In this document: piece after piece, positions 48,953 to 58,620 of the stretch
Numbering within the stretch: position 1 is the stretch's first letter
Layout of the letters: each line of letters opens with the position of its first letter
Source of the DNA: an uncultured bacterium
Lineage (GTDB): Bacteria > Planctomycetota > UBA1135 > GCA-002686595
Direction of reading: 5' to 3'
Length of the DNA: 64,000 nucleotides
NCBI GenBank assembly: GCA_943787795.1
Contig: CALSNU010000007.1
Location: 64,001-128,000, forward strand
Position numbers and translations under genes: made by a program
The notes under the pieces: model-generated
What the model was told of the DNA's origin: nothing
Databases searched by the model: none
What the model saw: the letters and a program-made list of their open reading frames with translations, nothing else

Positions 48953-51528
48953 TCGCGGCCCTGCTGCTCTCCCTGTGTAGCGTCGCGGCTCCCCAAGGGG
49001 CCACGCCGCCCGCCCCGATCCTCTGGGAGTCCCTCCCCCCGGTCCCCGATCCGGTCGGCCTTGGAGGCCCGTTCGTCGCGGCGCTGCAGGGTGCGGACGG
49101 GGAGCAGCGGCTGCTGGTGGCTGGGGGCGCGAACTTCCCGGAGGCGCCGCCTTGGGAGGGCGGAGCCAAGGTCTGGTACGCAGGCACCTGGGTCTTCGAC
49201 GGAGAGGGCTGGGCCTCCGGGCCGCCCCTGCCCGGACCGCGTGCCTATGGCGCCGTCGTGCACCTCGACGGGCGCGCCCTGCTGATCGGCGGCGGGGACT
49301 CGAGCCAGGCCACGTCCGAGGTGCTCATCGCCGAGATGGATGGGAGCGGCGCGGTGCGGTTCGCCGCGGGTCCCGCCCTGCCAGCGCCGTCCCAGTTCCT
49401 GGCGGCGGGCCTCGTGGACGGTCGCGTGATCGCGCTCGGCGCCCAGCGAACCGGAGATCCATCCGACCTCGTACGGGCCACCTGGATCCTCGACCCGGAG
49501 GACATGGCGTCGGGTTGGACCGAGTCCGCGCCGTTCCCCGGACGCGCTGGCCTCAAGTTCGTGGCTGCGCCCCAGCGCAACGCCGAAGGTAAGGAGGCGC
49601 TCTTCGTCTACTCGGGTGAGGTGCCGGGCCAGGGGCCGGAGAGCCTCCCGGACGGGCGCCGCTTCCTGCCGGTCTCTAACGAACTCTGGAGCTTCGAGCC
49701 GGGTCGTGAGACCTGGACTCAGCACCGCTCTCCCTCCTCCCCGAGGAGCGGAGCGCATGGCCAGGCGGTTGGCCGATCAGCGGGCTTGGCCTGGCCCACG
49801 GGCCAGTCGCACATCCTCTTCTTCTCAGGCGTGGCCGCCGTGCCGCTCGACCTCCCACAGGCGACGCGCTCTGAGTTCACGGCCGACGTGGACGCCTACC
49901 ACACGCTCACCGATACCTGGACCTGGGAAGGGTCCATGCCGCGGGGAGTGGTCACCACGGGGATCGCGCCCTGGGACGGAGGCTTCGCCATCGCCAGCGG
50001 CGAGGTCCGGCCTGGCGTTCGTACGGCCGAGGTCCAGTGGGGGCGCGTGGACCGCGAGCCGGCGCGGCTGGCCACCCTCGACTACGCGGTGATGGCCCTC
50101 TATCTGCTCGGCATCCTGCTGCTCGGAGTCTTCTTCGCGCGACGCGAGCGCACGGCGGAGGACTTCTTCCTGGCGGGCCGGCGGATCCCCTGGTGGGCGG
50201 CAGGGCTCTCCATCTACGCCACGCAGCTCTCAGCGATCACCTACGTCGCGGTGCCGGCCAAGGCGTACATGGACGACTGGGTGTTCGCGCTGACGTCCAT
50301 CACGATCCTCATCATGGCGCCGATCGTGATCGTCTTCTACCTGCCCTTCTTCCGGCGGCTGGAGATCTCCACCGCGTATGAGTACCTCGAGCGTCGCTTC
50401 GGGCTCTCCATTCGCCTCTTCGGCAGCGCCTCCTTCATGGCCTTCCAGGTGGCGCGGATGGCGATCGTGGTGTTCCTGCCGTCGCTGGCCCTCTCCACGG
50501 TGACTGGCGTCGACGTCTACACCTGCATCGCGACGATCGGCGTGATGGCGACCGTGTACACGGTGCTCGGCGGCATGGAGGCCGTGGTCTGGACCGATGT
50601 GCTCCAGGTCTTCGTGTTGATCGGGGGCCTGTTCGTGGCGCTTGCGCTGGCGGTCGACGGGGCAGGAGGGCTTGAGCCTGCGCTCGAGATCGCGCGCTCC
50701 GGGGAGAAGCTGCGCTGGTTCGCGCCCGGGGCCTCGTGGACGGACACGGCCAGCTGGTCGGTGCTGCTCGGAGCCATGTTCCTTCAATTCGGCCCGTACA
50801 CCACCGATCAGGCGGTGGTGCAGCGCTATCTGTCCACGAAGGACGAGCGGAGCGCCGCGCGCGGCATCCTCCTCAATGGGCTCGTGGCCATGCCCTTCAC
50901 CCTGTGCTTCTACGCCCTGGGGTCCGCGCTCTTCGCCTACTTCAGCGCGCGGCCCGAAGCGCTTGATCTCGGGATGAAGAATGACGAGGTGTTCCCGCTC
51001 TTCGTGGCGCTGGAGCTGCCTGCAGGGCTCGCTGGCCTGGTGCTCGCGGGGATCTTCGCGGCGTCCATGTCGAGCCTGGACTCCTCCATGCACTCGATCG
51101 CCACGTCCTGGACGAATGACTGGCATAGGCGGCTTGGGATCGGCTCCGCCTCGGACCTCCAGACCGGACGCCGGGTGACGCTCTTGATGGGGGTGGTCGG
51201 GACCGGCACGGCTGCGCTCTTCGCGGCGTCGGACCTGCGCTCCCTCTTCGATACCTTTCAGAGCGTCCTCGGCCTGCTGATCAGCCCGCTGGCGGGGCTG
51301 TTCTTCCTGGGAATCTTCACGACCCGGACCTCCTCCCGGGGGGCGGCTCTCGGGGCGCTGCTCTCGATCGCGGTCCTGGCCTACGTGCAGAACGCGACCC
51401 CGCTCAACTTCATGCTCTACGGCGCCGTGGGGAGCACCACGTGCGTGGTGGTCGGATACCTCGCGAGCTTCGTGATGCGCGACGAACGCGACCTTGCGGG
51501 GCTCACCTGGTGGACGCGACCGAGCTAG
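48949..51528 (+). CDS. Kelch-repeat (NanM-like) domain fused to sodium:solute symporter (SiaT-like)
   Basis: VAGGANFP and SGEVRPGVRT Kelch motifs, then FFLAGRRIPWWAAGLSIYATQLSAIT, DQAVVQRYL; TTG start overlaps the nanA stop. Confidence 0.88.
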   Translation: MIAALLLSLCSVAAPQGATPPAPILWESLPPVPDPVGLGGPFVAALQGADGEQRLLVAGGANFPEAPPWEGGAKVWYAGTWVFDGEGWASGPPLPGPRAYGAVVHLDGRALLIGGGDSSQATSEVLIAEMDGSGAVRFAAGPALPAPSQFLAAGLVDGRVIALGAQRTGDPSDLVRATWILDPEDMASGWTESAPFPGRAGLKFVAAPQRNAEGKEALFVYSGEVPGQGPESLPDGRRFLPVSNELWSFEPGRETWTQHRSPSSPRSGAHGQAVGRSAGLAWPTGQSHILFFSGVAAVPLDLPQATRSEFTADVDAYHTLTDTWTWEGSMPRGVVTTGIAPWDGGFAIASGEVRPGVRTAEVQWGRVDREPARLATLDYAVMALYLLGILLLGVFFARRERTAEDFFLAGRRIPWWAAGLSIYATQLSAITYVAVPAKAYMDDWVFALTSITILIMAPIVIVFYLPFFRRLEISTAYEYLERRFGLSIRLFGSASFMAFQVARMAIVVFLPSLALSTVTGVDVYTCIATIGVMATVYTVLGGMEAVVWTDVLQVFVLIGGLFVALALAVDGAGGLEPALEIARSGEKLRWFAPGASWTDTASWSVLLGAMFLQFGPYTTDQAVVQRYLSTKDERSAARGILLNGLVAMPFTLCFYALGSALFAYFSARPEALDLGMKNDEVFPLFVALELPAGLAGLVLAGIFAASMSSLDSSMHSIATSWTNDWHRRLGIGSASDLQTGRRVTLLMGVVGTGTAALFAASDLRSLFDTFQSVLGLLISPLAGLFFLGIFTTRTSSRGAALGALLSIAVLAYVQNATPLNFMLYGAVGSTTCVVVGYLASFVMRDERDLAGLTWWTRPS

Positions 51529-54176
51529 CGGAACTCCACCGCCAGGGAGCCTGAGAGGTTGGAGGTGGCGGCGCCGCCGATCGAGGCGCGGTACCAGGCC
51601 TGAAAGCGCCAGGTCTCACCGGCCAGGACGCTGTGTGAGGAGAGCGGGCCGGGGATCGCCTCGAGGTCGACCCCGAGGGTCACCAGCCCGTCGGGGCCAG
51701 CGCTCTGGGCCTCCCCTGGCCCGTCGAAGCGGCCGATGCCGCCGCCGAGGCATAGCGTGCCCTGGCTCCCGCCGGGGGCCACCACGAAGCCGGGGGTCTC
51801 GCTGGTGAGGAAGAGCGTCAGCGACCCTGGAGGCAGGTGCGCAGCTCGGAGCTGCAGGGCGTTCGCGGAGCGCCACGGCGACCCCACCGCTTCGAGGCGT
51901 ACGGGCGGCGTGCCAGCACCGACGCACTCTGCCGTCCCAAGGAAGCCCCGCCCGGTGCCGCGGAGAAGGGTCACGGAGTCGGCCCGTTCGGAGGTGAGGA
52001 TGACGTCTGCATCACCGTCCGAGTCCACGTCGGCGACGAGGAATGAGGACACCCCCTCGGAGCGCTCGACGACCATCGGGGGCGCGCCAAAGGGCGCGGT
52101 GTACACCTTGAGCGCGAGGGGCTCGACGGAGGCATCGCGCGGCGTCGTGACGAGGTCGAGGTCTCCGTCGAGGTCGATATCGACCGCCTCGATGGAGGAC
52201 CATCCCTGGACCGCGCTGCCCACGTAGTCGGCACCTCCAAATTGACCTGGGGAGAGCTGCGGGATCCACTCGAGGAGGGGGAAGACGAAGCCAGCGCCCC
52301 CGACCACAAGGTCAAGGTCGCCGTCGCCATCCGCATCCATCGTGGCCACGTTGCGAGGCTGAAAGTTGATCGTGGGGATGGCGATCCGCGCGCTGAAGGT
52401 GCCAGAGCCCTGACCGGGGAACCACCCGACGGAGCCGCCGAAACCCGGGCCGGCGAGGATCAGATCCCTGTTTCCGTCCCCGTCCATGTCGCGGATCGTG
52501 AGGTCGGCCACCGCCGGCTGATCGCTGATGAGGATGCGCGGGGTGGGGTCGAGGAGCCCTGGGGTGCCGCGAAACCAGAGCACGTCGCCCTGGCCAGTAA
52601 TGGAGAGGACGAGGTCCAGTCGTCCGTCTCCGTCCACGTCGGTCGGCGTGATGGTGCCGCCGGTCGCCGCCGAGAAGGACCGGAGCCTTGACGGCGGGGA
52701 GAACTGCCCCGAATCGAAGGTGTGCAAGTCGACCCAGCCTCCGCTGAAGGACGCGAGGACGAGGTCTTGATCCCCGTCGCCGTCGAGGTCAGCGGCGACC
52801 ATCTCCTCCAGGTCGGGCGGGGTCTTGAAGCCCGCCTGGGGGATCGCGAAGTCGCCAGCGCCCAGGTTCTCGAGGGTCATGACCCGGCCCGCTCCGGTGG
52901 CCGCGACAAGCAGGTCGAGGTCGCCGTCAAGGTCGATGTCCGCTGCCGCGACAGCGCGCGCTCCATCCGCGCGCCGCGTGATCTCACGGAACGGGCCGAA
53001 CGCTCCGGAGCCAAGCGCGGGGCTCCAGCCGACCTGCTCCGTGGAGCACGCCACGACGCGGTCGGGCAGGCCGTCGCGGTCGAGGTCGACGAGCTGTTGA
53101 TCCAGCACGCTCCAGCCCGGCTCCGCGGCGAAGGGGCGGGGCTGGACGTCGAACCCCGAGGTGAGGTTCTCTAACCAGTGGGGCGCGCCCATGGTGGCGG
53201 GGAACAGGAGGTCCAGGTCACCGTCGCCGTCCACGTCGCCGGTCGAGAGCGGGGAGGGCTCGATCCTGGGTTCGGTCGCGAGCGTGACCGGAGGCATGAA
53301 CGCACCGCTGCTCGCCCCTCGGTAGAAGAGGACCTCCTGCCCGAAGTCGAGGCTGGACGACGTGCCGCTCGCGACCAGGTCCAGTCGACCGTCCCCGTCG
53401 AGATCAAGGGCCTCGACGGAGCACAGCTGGCTCAACTGATCGACGATCAGCGGACCCTGCGCGAAGGTCGCGCCCTGGTTTCGGAACCAGACGATGCGGC
53501 GGAGGTCACGGTCGAGGACGAGGAGGTCGAGGTCGCCGTCGCTGTCGAGGTCTGCCAGTTGTTGCGAACCCGTGACGATCCCGGCGGCTCCCTGGCTTCC
53601 AGGGGTGAAGCGCGTGGGCCAGCCGAGGCCGCCGCCACCGATGCCTCGGAGGATGAAGTGTCCACGGTGGGCCGGGTGGATGGCATCGAATGCGATCAGG
53701 ACGTCCTCGAGACCGTCCTGGTCGAGGTCGCCCACATCGAGGTCCAGGGCCTCACCCGAGAAGCCGGCGACGCGTCGAGCGGCGCGGTATCGGTCACCAT
53801 CTCGCTCATGGACGTACAGCTGAGAGGGGGACCTCGTCAGCGCGAGGACATCGAGGTCGCCGTCGCCGTCGAGGTCGGAGAGGTCCCAGTAGGTGGAGGG
53901 AGACGGAGATTGCAGGAGCAGCGCCAGCTCGCCGGCGACCCCGGGGGCCTGTTCGATCCAGAAGAGGCGGTGGCCGCCAGCGTCGGTCACCAGGAGGTCG
54001 AGGTCCCCGTCGCCATCCACGTCCGCCGACGGGAGCAGCCTCGGGCCGTTCACGGTCGAGGTGAGCTCGACGGGCGCCGCGAGCTGTGCATTCGCGCCAC
54101 CGGAGGTTGCGAGGACCGCCCAGAGGGCCGCTGCGAGCGCAGGGGCGCACGCGAGGGAGGGGCACCGAGGTCCCAT
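51525..54176 (-). CDS. Secreted FG-GAP/VCBS repeat protein with shared C-terminal domain
   Basis: Many DxDGDGDLD repeats; signal peptide ending ANA-Q; C-terminal PGGSQGTLCLGG and GETWRFQAWYR. Confidence 0.9.
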   Translation of the reverse strand: MGPRCPSLACAPALAAALWAVLATSGGANAQLAAPVELTSTVNGPRLLPSADVDGDGDLDLLVTDAGGHRLFWIEQAPGVAGELALLLQSPSPSTYWDLSDLDGDGDLDVLALTRSPSQLYVHERDGDRYRAARRVAGFSGEALDLDVGDLDQDGLEDVLIAFDAIHPAHRGHFILRGIGGGGLGWPTRFTPGSQGAAGIVTGSQQLADLDSDGDLDLLVLDRDLRRIVWFRNQGATFAQGPLIVDQLSQLCSVEALDLDGDGRLDLVASGTSSSLDFGQEVLFYRGASSGAFMPPVTLATEPRIEPSPLSTGDVDGDGDLDLLFPATMGAPHWLENLTSGFDVQPRPFAAEPGWSVLDQQLVDLDRDGLPDRVVACSTEQVGWSPALGSGAFGPFREITRRADGARAVAAADIDLDGDLDLLVAATGAGRVMTLENLGAGDFAIPQAGFKTPPDLEEMVAADLDGDGDQDLVLASFSGGWVDLHTFDSGQFSPPSRLRSFSAATGGTITPTDVDGDGRLDLVLSITGQGDVLWFRGTPGLLDPTPRILISDQPAVADLTIRDMDGDGNRDLILAGPGFGGSVGWFPGQGSGTFSARIAIPTINFQPRNVATMDADGDGDLDLVVGGAGFVFPLLEWIPQLSPGQFGGADYVGSAVQGWSSIEAVDIDLDGDLDLVTTPRDASVEPLALKVYTAPFGAPPMVVERSEGVSSFLVADVDSDGDADVILTSERADSVTLLRGTGRGFLGTAECVGAGTPPVRLEAVGSPWRSANALQLRAAHLPPGSLTLFLTSETPGFVVAPGGSQGTLCLGGGIGRFDGPGEAQSAGPDGLVTLGVDLEAIPGPLSSHSVLAGETWRFQAWYRASIGGAATSNLSGSLAVEFR

Positions 54177-54329
54177 GACCTCACCTTTGGTGAACCCCGG
54201 CAGGCTCGCCAGTCCCTTGGACGGGAAACTCTCGCGGCGCCCGGAGAGCGAGCCCTGGGGTCACTGGGGCACCGTCGACGGGCCGCTCGTCAGCGGGCTA
54301 GCGTCCCCCCGGCTGAAAGCGACGCTGGC

Positions 54330-54434
54330 CCAGCTGAGGGTCTTGATGACTCAGCTGAGGGTCTCGATAACTCAGCCGAGGGTCTCGATAACTCAGTCGA
54401 GGGTCTTGATCACTCAGTCGAGGGTGATGATGGC
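54330..54434 (-). repeat. 21-bp tandem repeat x5 duplicating the protease 3' end including its stop codon
   Basis: Minus strand in frame reads AIITLD* VIKTLD* VIETLG* VIETLS* VIKTLSW. Confidence 0.93.
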
Positions 54435-55568
54435 GCTCCCCGCGCCCTCGATGATGGAGGCGACTCCGCTACCGTCGATCCAGTCGTAGATCGCGCCGAG
54501 CGGCGTCACCAGACCCATGTGGGGGATGACGGTCGGCCGGATGGACCCGTGCGTGTAGATCTTGGAGAAGATGCCCAGCAACTCGTGGGAGGTGAGCCCG
54601 TAGATGCCGCCGCCGGAGTTGCCGATGTAGGTGGGCGCGGAGATCATCCAGAAGCGGGCATCAGCGACCTCGTGATGAAGGTCGGTGAGGTGCCCCTGGG
54701 TCGGAATGGGGTCGTTTCCAAGCGGGCAGCCGACGGCGACCACGTCCTCGAAGACCTCCGTGGAGGCCAGCCGATCGCGCGTGGGCAGCATGGCTCCAAC
54801 GTCAAAGCGCTCGCATGAGTCGAGGATCAGGAGGGCAGAATCCAGCTCGACGCTGTGAGACAGGACCGTCGCCGTGAACTCGCTCTTGGCGCCGTCGAGA
54901 TCTCGGACGATGACGGGGATCGGGCAGTCCGCGTCCTGGGAGTCCGCGCGGATGTCGCGGATCACGTGCCACGACGTGAGCATCAGCGTCCTGTAGGCCT
55001 CGGGGTTGGCCTCGGAGGGTCGGGACTGGAGCAGCACGCCGCTGCCAACGGTCGAAGCCCCTCGAAGCTGGACGGTGGGTCCCACCGTTGCCGACCAGAG
55101 TCCGCTGGAGTCCACCTGATCCTGCTCGCCGTCAGCAAGCTGCGAGCGGACGTCGCCGAGCTCGGCCCGTGTCTCATCGACCAGCGTCGTCGTGGCGTCC
55201 AGCGCTCGAACAAAGCCAGCCCACCGAGAGTTCATCCCCTGCTCAAGGTCATCGATCCGCCGGACTTTGAAGGCGATCTGTGAGACCTCGTCCAGAGCGT
55301 CGCGCTGGGACTCCAGCGTCCGTCGAGCGTCGGCGAGGCGAGCCTCGAGGGAGTGCAACCGAGACTGAAGGGCGGTGACCTGACCCTCTCCGGGCAGTCC
55401 ATCGAGGCGTGACGAAAGCTGGTGGAGCTCCCGGTCCTGGCGGGCGGGGACCTGCTGGGTGAACTCTTCCAGTGAGACGAGGCGTCGCTCCAGGTTGGAC
55501 TGACGGGTGACGCCCATGACCAACAGAGGGGAGGCGGCGGTGATACCGATGAGCAGGGTGCGGTACAT
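54414..55568 (-). CDS. Membrane-anchored coiled-coil trypsin-like serine protease
   Basis: LTSWHVI, LDSALL, GNSGGG triad; no PDZ domain; start moved to 55568. Confidence 0.88.
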   Translation of the reverse strand: MYRTLLIGITAASPLLVMGVTRQSNLERRLVSLEEFTQQVPARQDRELHQLSSRLDGLPGEGQVTALQSRLHSLEARLADARRTLESQRDALDEVSQIAFKVRRIDDLEQGMNSRWAGFVRALDATTTLVDETRAELGDVRSQLADGEQDQVDSSGLWSATVGPTVQLRGASTVGSGVLLQSRPSEANPEAYRTLMLTSWHVIRDIRADSQDADCPIPVIVRDLDGAKSEFTATVLSHSVELDSALLILDSCERFDVGAMLPTRDRLASTEVFEDVVAVGCPLGNDPIPTQGHLTDLHHEVADARFWMISAPTYIGNSGGGIYGLTSHELLGIFSKIYTHGSIRPTVIPHMGLVTPLGAIYDWIDGSGVASIIEGAGSAIITLD

Positions 55569-55619
55569 CGAGGAGGGGACTGGGGACTGGGGCGGGCTGC
55601 AACCCCTGACGAGAAGGGG

Positions 55620-56050
55620 CAAGGGGGTCGCCACTTGTTTGCGACTTCCTTTTCTCTCGTCATTACGGCCTCTGTGGAACGAGCCTTTCTCCTGTGGATC
55701 TCTTGTGGAGACACCGGACTTGGCCGTGCCAAGTCGAGCAGGCCTCTCACGCCTCCCTCGTCGTGTGCCGGGGAGTTCTCCACACCGCGTGGAGCGTTGT
55801 GGAATGGGCGTAACTCACTTATTTGATGTTGTTTATGTGCCCTTCTCCGAGCTTCTCCCCGAACTCTACCCACCTTTCCACTAGCTCGCTGCGATGGCCT
55901 AGGACTCTCCTTGCCCTCGGTGTATCGATGTTGGGGATATTACTAGGTTCTGCGTCGACGTCAGCCCGACGCCAATGGGAAGGAGCTGGGCAGAGATCGC
56001 AGCGGATCCACAGCGATAGCGGTCGGGTCGGAGCCCAGCGCGACCTAGGA
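55620..56050. other. Candidate chromosomal replication origin (oriC)
   Basis: Six TCCACA/TGTGGA DnaA-box cores plus degenerate copies around an AT-rich tract (55811-55838) in a 540-bp intergenic gap. Confidence 0.55.
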
Positions 56051-56109
56051 TGGCTCGCCAAAAGCCCCGTCAAATCTCCGCCAGAGTCCGCAACCGGTCC
56101 CGCCCCACC

Positions 56110-57390
56110 ATGCCCATCTACTCCATCCCCGAGATCATCGAAGACCTGCAGAAGGGGCGCATGATCATCCTCGTCGATGACCCTGACCGCGAGAACGAGG
56201 GCGACCTCGCCATGCTCGCTGACAAGATCACGCCGGAGGCCGTGAACTTCATGGCCAAGGAAGGGCGAGGTCTGATCTGCACGCCGATGTCGGGAGAGGT
56301 CTGCGACCGGCTGGACCTGCCGATGCAGGCGGCGCACAACACCAATGCCCACGGGACGGCCTTCACGATCTCGATCGAGGCGACGACCGGGGTCTCGACG
56401 GGGATCAGCGCAGCCGACCGCGCCAGAACGATCGAGGTCGCAGCGGCTCCGACGTCCCAGGCCTCAGACCTTGCGCGGCCGGGGCACATCTTCCCCCTCC
56501 GGGCACGGGAAGGCGGGGTGCTCGTGCGCGGCGGTCAGACCGAGGGGATCGTGGATCTCGCCCAGCTGGCGGGCGGCTCCCCGGTCGGCGTCATCTGCGA
56601 GATCATGAACGACGACGGGACCATGTCGAGGATGCCCGAGCTCGAGGTCTTCGCTGCCCAGCACGACCTCAAGATCTGCACCATCGCGGACCTGATCGAG
56701 TATCGACGCAAGAACGAGCAGCTCGTGGAGCCCGTGGTCGAACGGCCGGTTCCCCTCCAGACGGACTACGGTCTGTTCCACACGCACCTCTTCCGCTCGA
56801 AGATCGACGGAAAGGAGCACGTGGCGCTCTCGCACGGTCTGGTCACCGGGGACGAGGCTGAAGGAGCCTCTGAGCCCGTTGATGGGGAGGTCTTCGTCCG
56901 GGTCCACTCGGAGTGCCTGACGGGGGATGTGTTCGGCTCCCAGCGGTGTGACTGCGGGATGCAGCTCGACCAGGCCATGAAGATGCTGGCCTCCAAGGAT
57001 CGCGGCGTGCTGGTCTACCTGCGCCAGGAGGGCCGCGGGATCGGCCTCGCGAACAAGCTCAAGGCGTACCACCTTCAGGACGGTGGCATGGACACCGTCG
57101 AGGCCAACGAGGCCCTCGGCCTGCCTGTGGACCTGCGCGAGTACGGGATCGGCGCTCAGATCCTGTTCCACCTCGGCGTTCGGAAGATGAGGCTCCTCAC
57201 CAACAATCCCAAGAAGATCCATGGGCTTGCGGGCTACGGCCTGGAATTGGCCGGCCAGGAGCCCCTTGAGGTTGAGCCTAACCCTAATAACCTTAAGTAC
57301 TTGAGGACCAAGAAGGAGCGCATGGGGCACACCCTCAGGGCGCCCCTCCAGGCCCCCGCGGCCGCCGAATCTGCGCCCGACCGGGAATAG
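56110..57390 (+). CDS. ribBA: Bifunctional DHBP synthase/GTP cyclohydrolase II
   Basis: [42 protein letters not shown]; start moved to 56110. Confidence 0.97.
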   Translation: MPIYSIPEIIEDLQKGRMIILVDDPDRENEGDLAMLADKITPEAVNFMAKEGRGLICTPMSGEVCDRLDLPMQAAHNTNAHGTAFTISIEATTGVSTGISAADRARTIEVAAAPTSQASDLARPGHIFPLRAREGGVLVRGGQTEGIVDLAQLAGGSPVGVICEIMNDDGTMSRMPELEVFAAQHDLKICTIADLIEYRRKNEQLVEPVVERPVPLQTDYGLFHTHLFRSKIDGKEHVALSHGLVTGDEAEGASEPVDGEVFVRVHSECLTGDVFGSQRCDCGMQLDQAMKMLASKDRGVLVYLRQEGRGIGLANKLKAYHLQDGGMDTVEANEALGLPVDLREYGIGAQILFHLGVRKMRLLTNNPKKIHGLAGYGLELAGQEPLEVEPNPNNLKYLRTKKERMGHTLRAPLQAPAAAESAPDRE

Positions 57391-57433
57391 CGTGTCCATC
57401 GAGGCGTCCACGCTTCCGAAGATGGGAGCGCTG

Positions 57434-58054
57434 ATGCACAAACCGAGCCTCGAGAGACAGGACGACAGCTTGCTCGTTCAGGGGACCCTGGACGGGGACG
57501 CCCGTTGTTTTGAGGTGCTCGTGGAGCGGTACCAGCGGCGGTTGTTCGGGCTGGTCCGCCACTACACTCGCAGCGCGGTGGAGGTCGAGGACATCGTCCA
57601 GGACACCTTCCTGAAGGCGTTCAGCCGCCTGGAGACGTTCCAGCAATCCTCCGCCTTCTACACCTGGCTGTACAGGATCGCGGTCAACACGGTCCTGGAC
57701 TTCATGAAGCGCCAGGGGCGAAGCCCGATCAGGGCCGTGGAAGACCCGGAGGCCGTCAGCAGCTCCGTCGACGAGACCACCGAGCGCAAGTCGATCCGCC
57801 CGGATGCCCGCCTCGAGCAGGCCGAGATCTCGGAGATCACTCGGAGCGTCATGGATGACCTCCCGGAGATCTTCCGGACGGTCCTGGTCATGCGAGAGCT
57901 CGAACAAATGCGCTACCAGGACATCGCCGATGTGCTGCAGGTGTCCATCGGGACCGTCGAGTCCCGTCTGTTCCGCGCGAGGGCCCGCTTCAAGAAGCGC
58001 CTCCTTCAGCTCCATCCGGAGTTCGCGGCCAGCCAGTCCAATCCTCCTGAGTAG
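57434..58054 (+). CDS. ECF sigma factor (RpoE/SigW-like)
   Basis: EDIVQDTFLKAF, FYTWLYRIAVN, IGTVESRLFRAR; start may be 57392, 57422 or 57434. Confidence 0.93.
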   Translation: MHKPSLERQDDSLLVQGTLDGDARCFEVLVERYQRRLFGLVRHYTRSAVEVEDIVQDTFLKAFSRLETFQQSSAFYTWLYRIAVNTVLDFMKRQGRSPIRAVEDPEAVSSSVDETTERKSIRPDARLEQAEISEITRSVMDDLPEIFRTVLVMRELEQMRYQDIADVLQVSIGTVESRLFRARARFKKRLLQLHPEFAASQSNPPE

Positions 58055-58065
58055 GAGACCGAGGT

Positions 58066-58611
58066 ATGAGTTCCACATCACCGATTCAGTGCGAGGTCGT
58101 TCTTGCGCTTGTTCCGACCTTCGTTGACGACGAGGTCACTGACGGCGTTGGTAGCACCGTACGACGCCACTTGATGGACTGCCCGGCCTGCCGTAAGGCG
58201 GTCCAGGAGGAGCAGACCCTCCGGCAGTGGTTCGTTGCGAGTCCAGAGGTCGAGGTGCCCGATGGCTTCGCAGCCCGCGTCGCCCGCAGGGCCTTGGCTG
58301 GCGATGTCGGCCTCATTCCTGCGGTCGCCCCGCGGTCCTCCAGCGAGCGTGAACTTCACGCTGAGGCTCCCGATGGGGCTCCCGATGGGGGACCCGCGGG
58401 GCGGGTCCTGGCCTTCTCGCGCGCCCTGGTCGCGGTGGCCGCCGCTGGCCTTGTGGTGACCACCCTCCTCCTCTCGGGTGGCGACCGACCCGAGGTCTCG
58501 GGGCTCGACGCGGGCAACGATCTTCAGGAGGCGCTCATGGAGCTCGATGAGGAGAATCAAAGGCTCGAGCTGGAGCTTGACGCCGCATCGACGCCCGCAG
58601 GTGGGCGCTGA
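58066..58611 (+). CDS. Zinc-finger (zf-HC2) anti-sigma factor with TM helix
   Basis: HLMDCPAC motif, one TM segment, directly after the ECF sigma gene. Confidence 0.88.
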   Translation: MSSTSPIQCEVVLALVPTFVDDEVTDGVGSTVRRHLMDCPACRKAVQEEQTLRQWFVASPEVEVPDGFAARVARRALAGDVGLIPAVAPRSSSERELHAEAPDGAPDGGPAGRVLAFSRALVAVAAAGLVVTTLLLSGGDRPEVSGLDAGNDLQEALMELDEENQRLELELDAASTPAGGR

Positions 58612-58620
58612 TCTTCAGCC

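Noticed and set aside
54181..54193. TCACC-TTT-GGTGA palindrome before the FG-GAP gene, similar to half-sites at 39837
   Set aside because: Opposite orientation and different spacing; largely explained by the RBS sequence
55900..56109. FMN riboswitch upstream of ribBA
   Set aside because: Characteristic conserved FMN aptamer segments are not present
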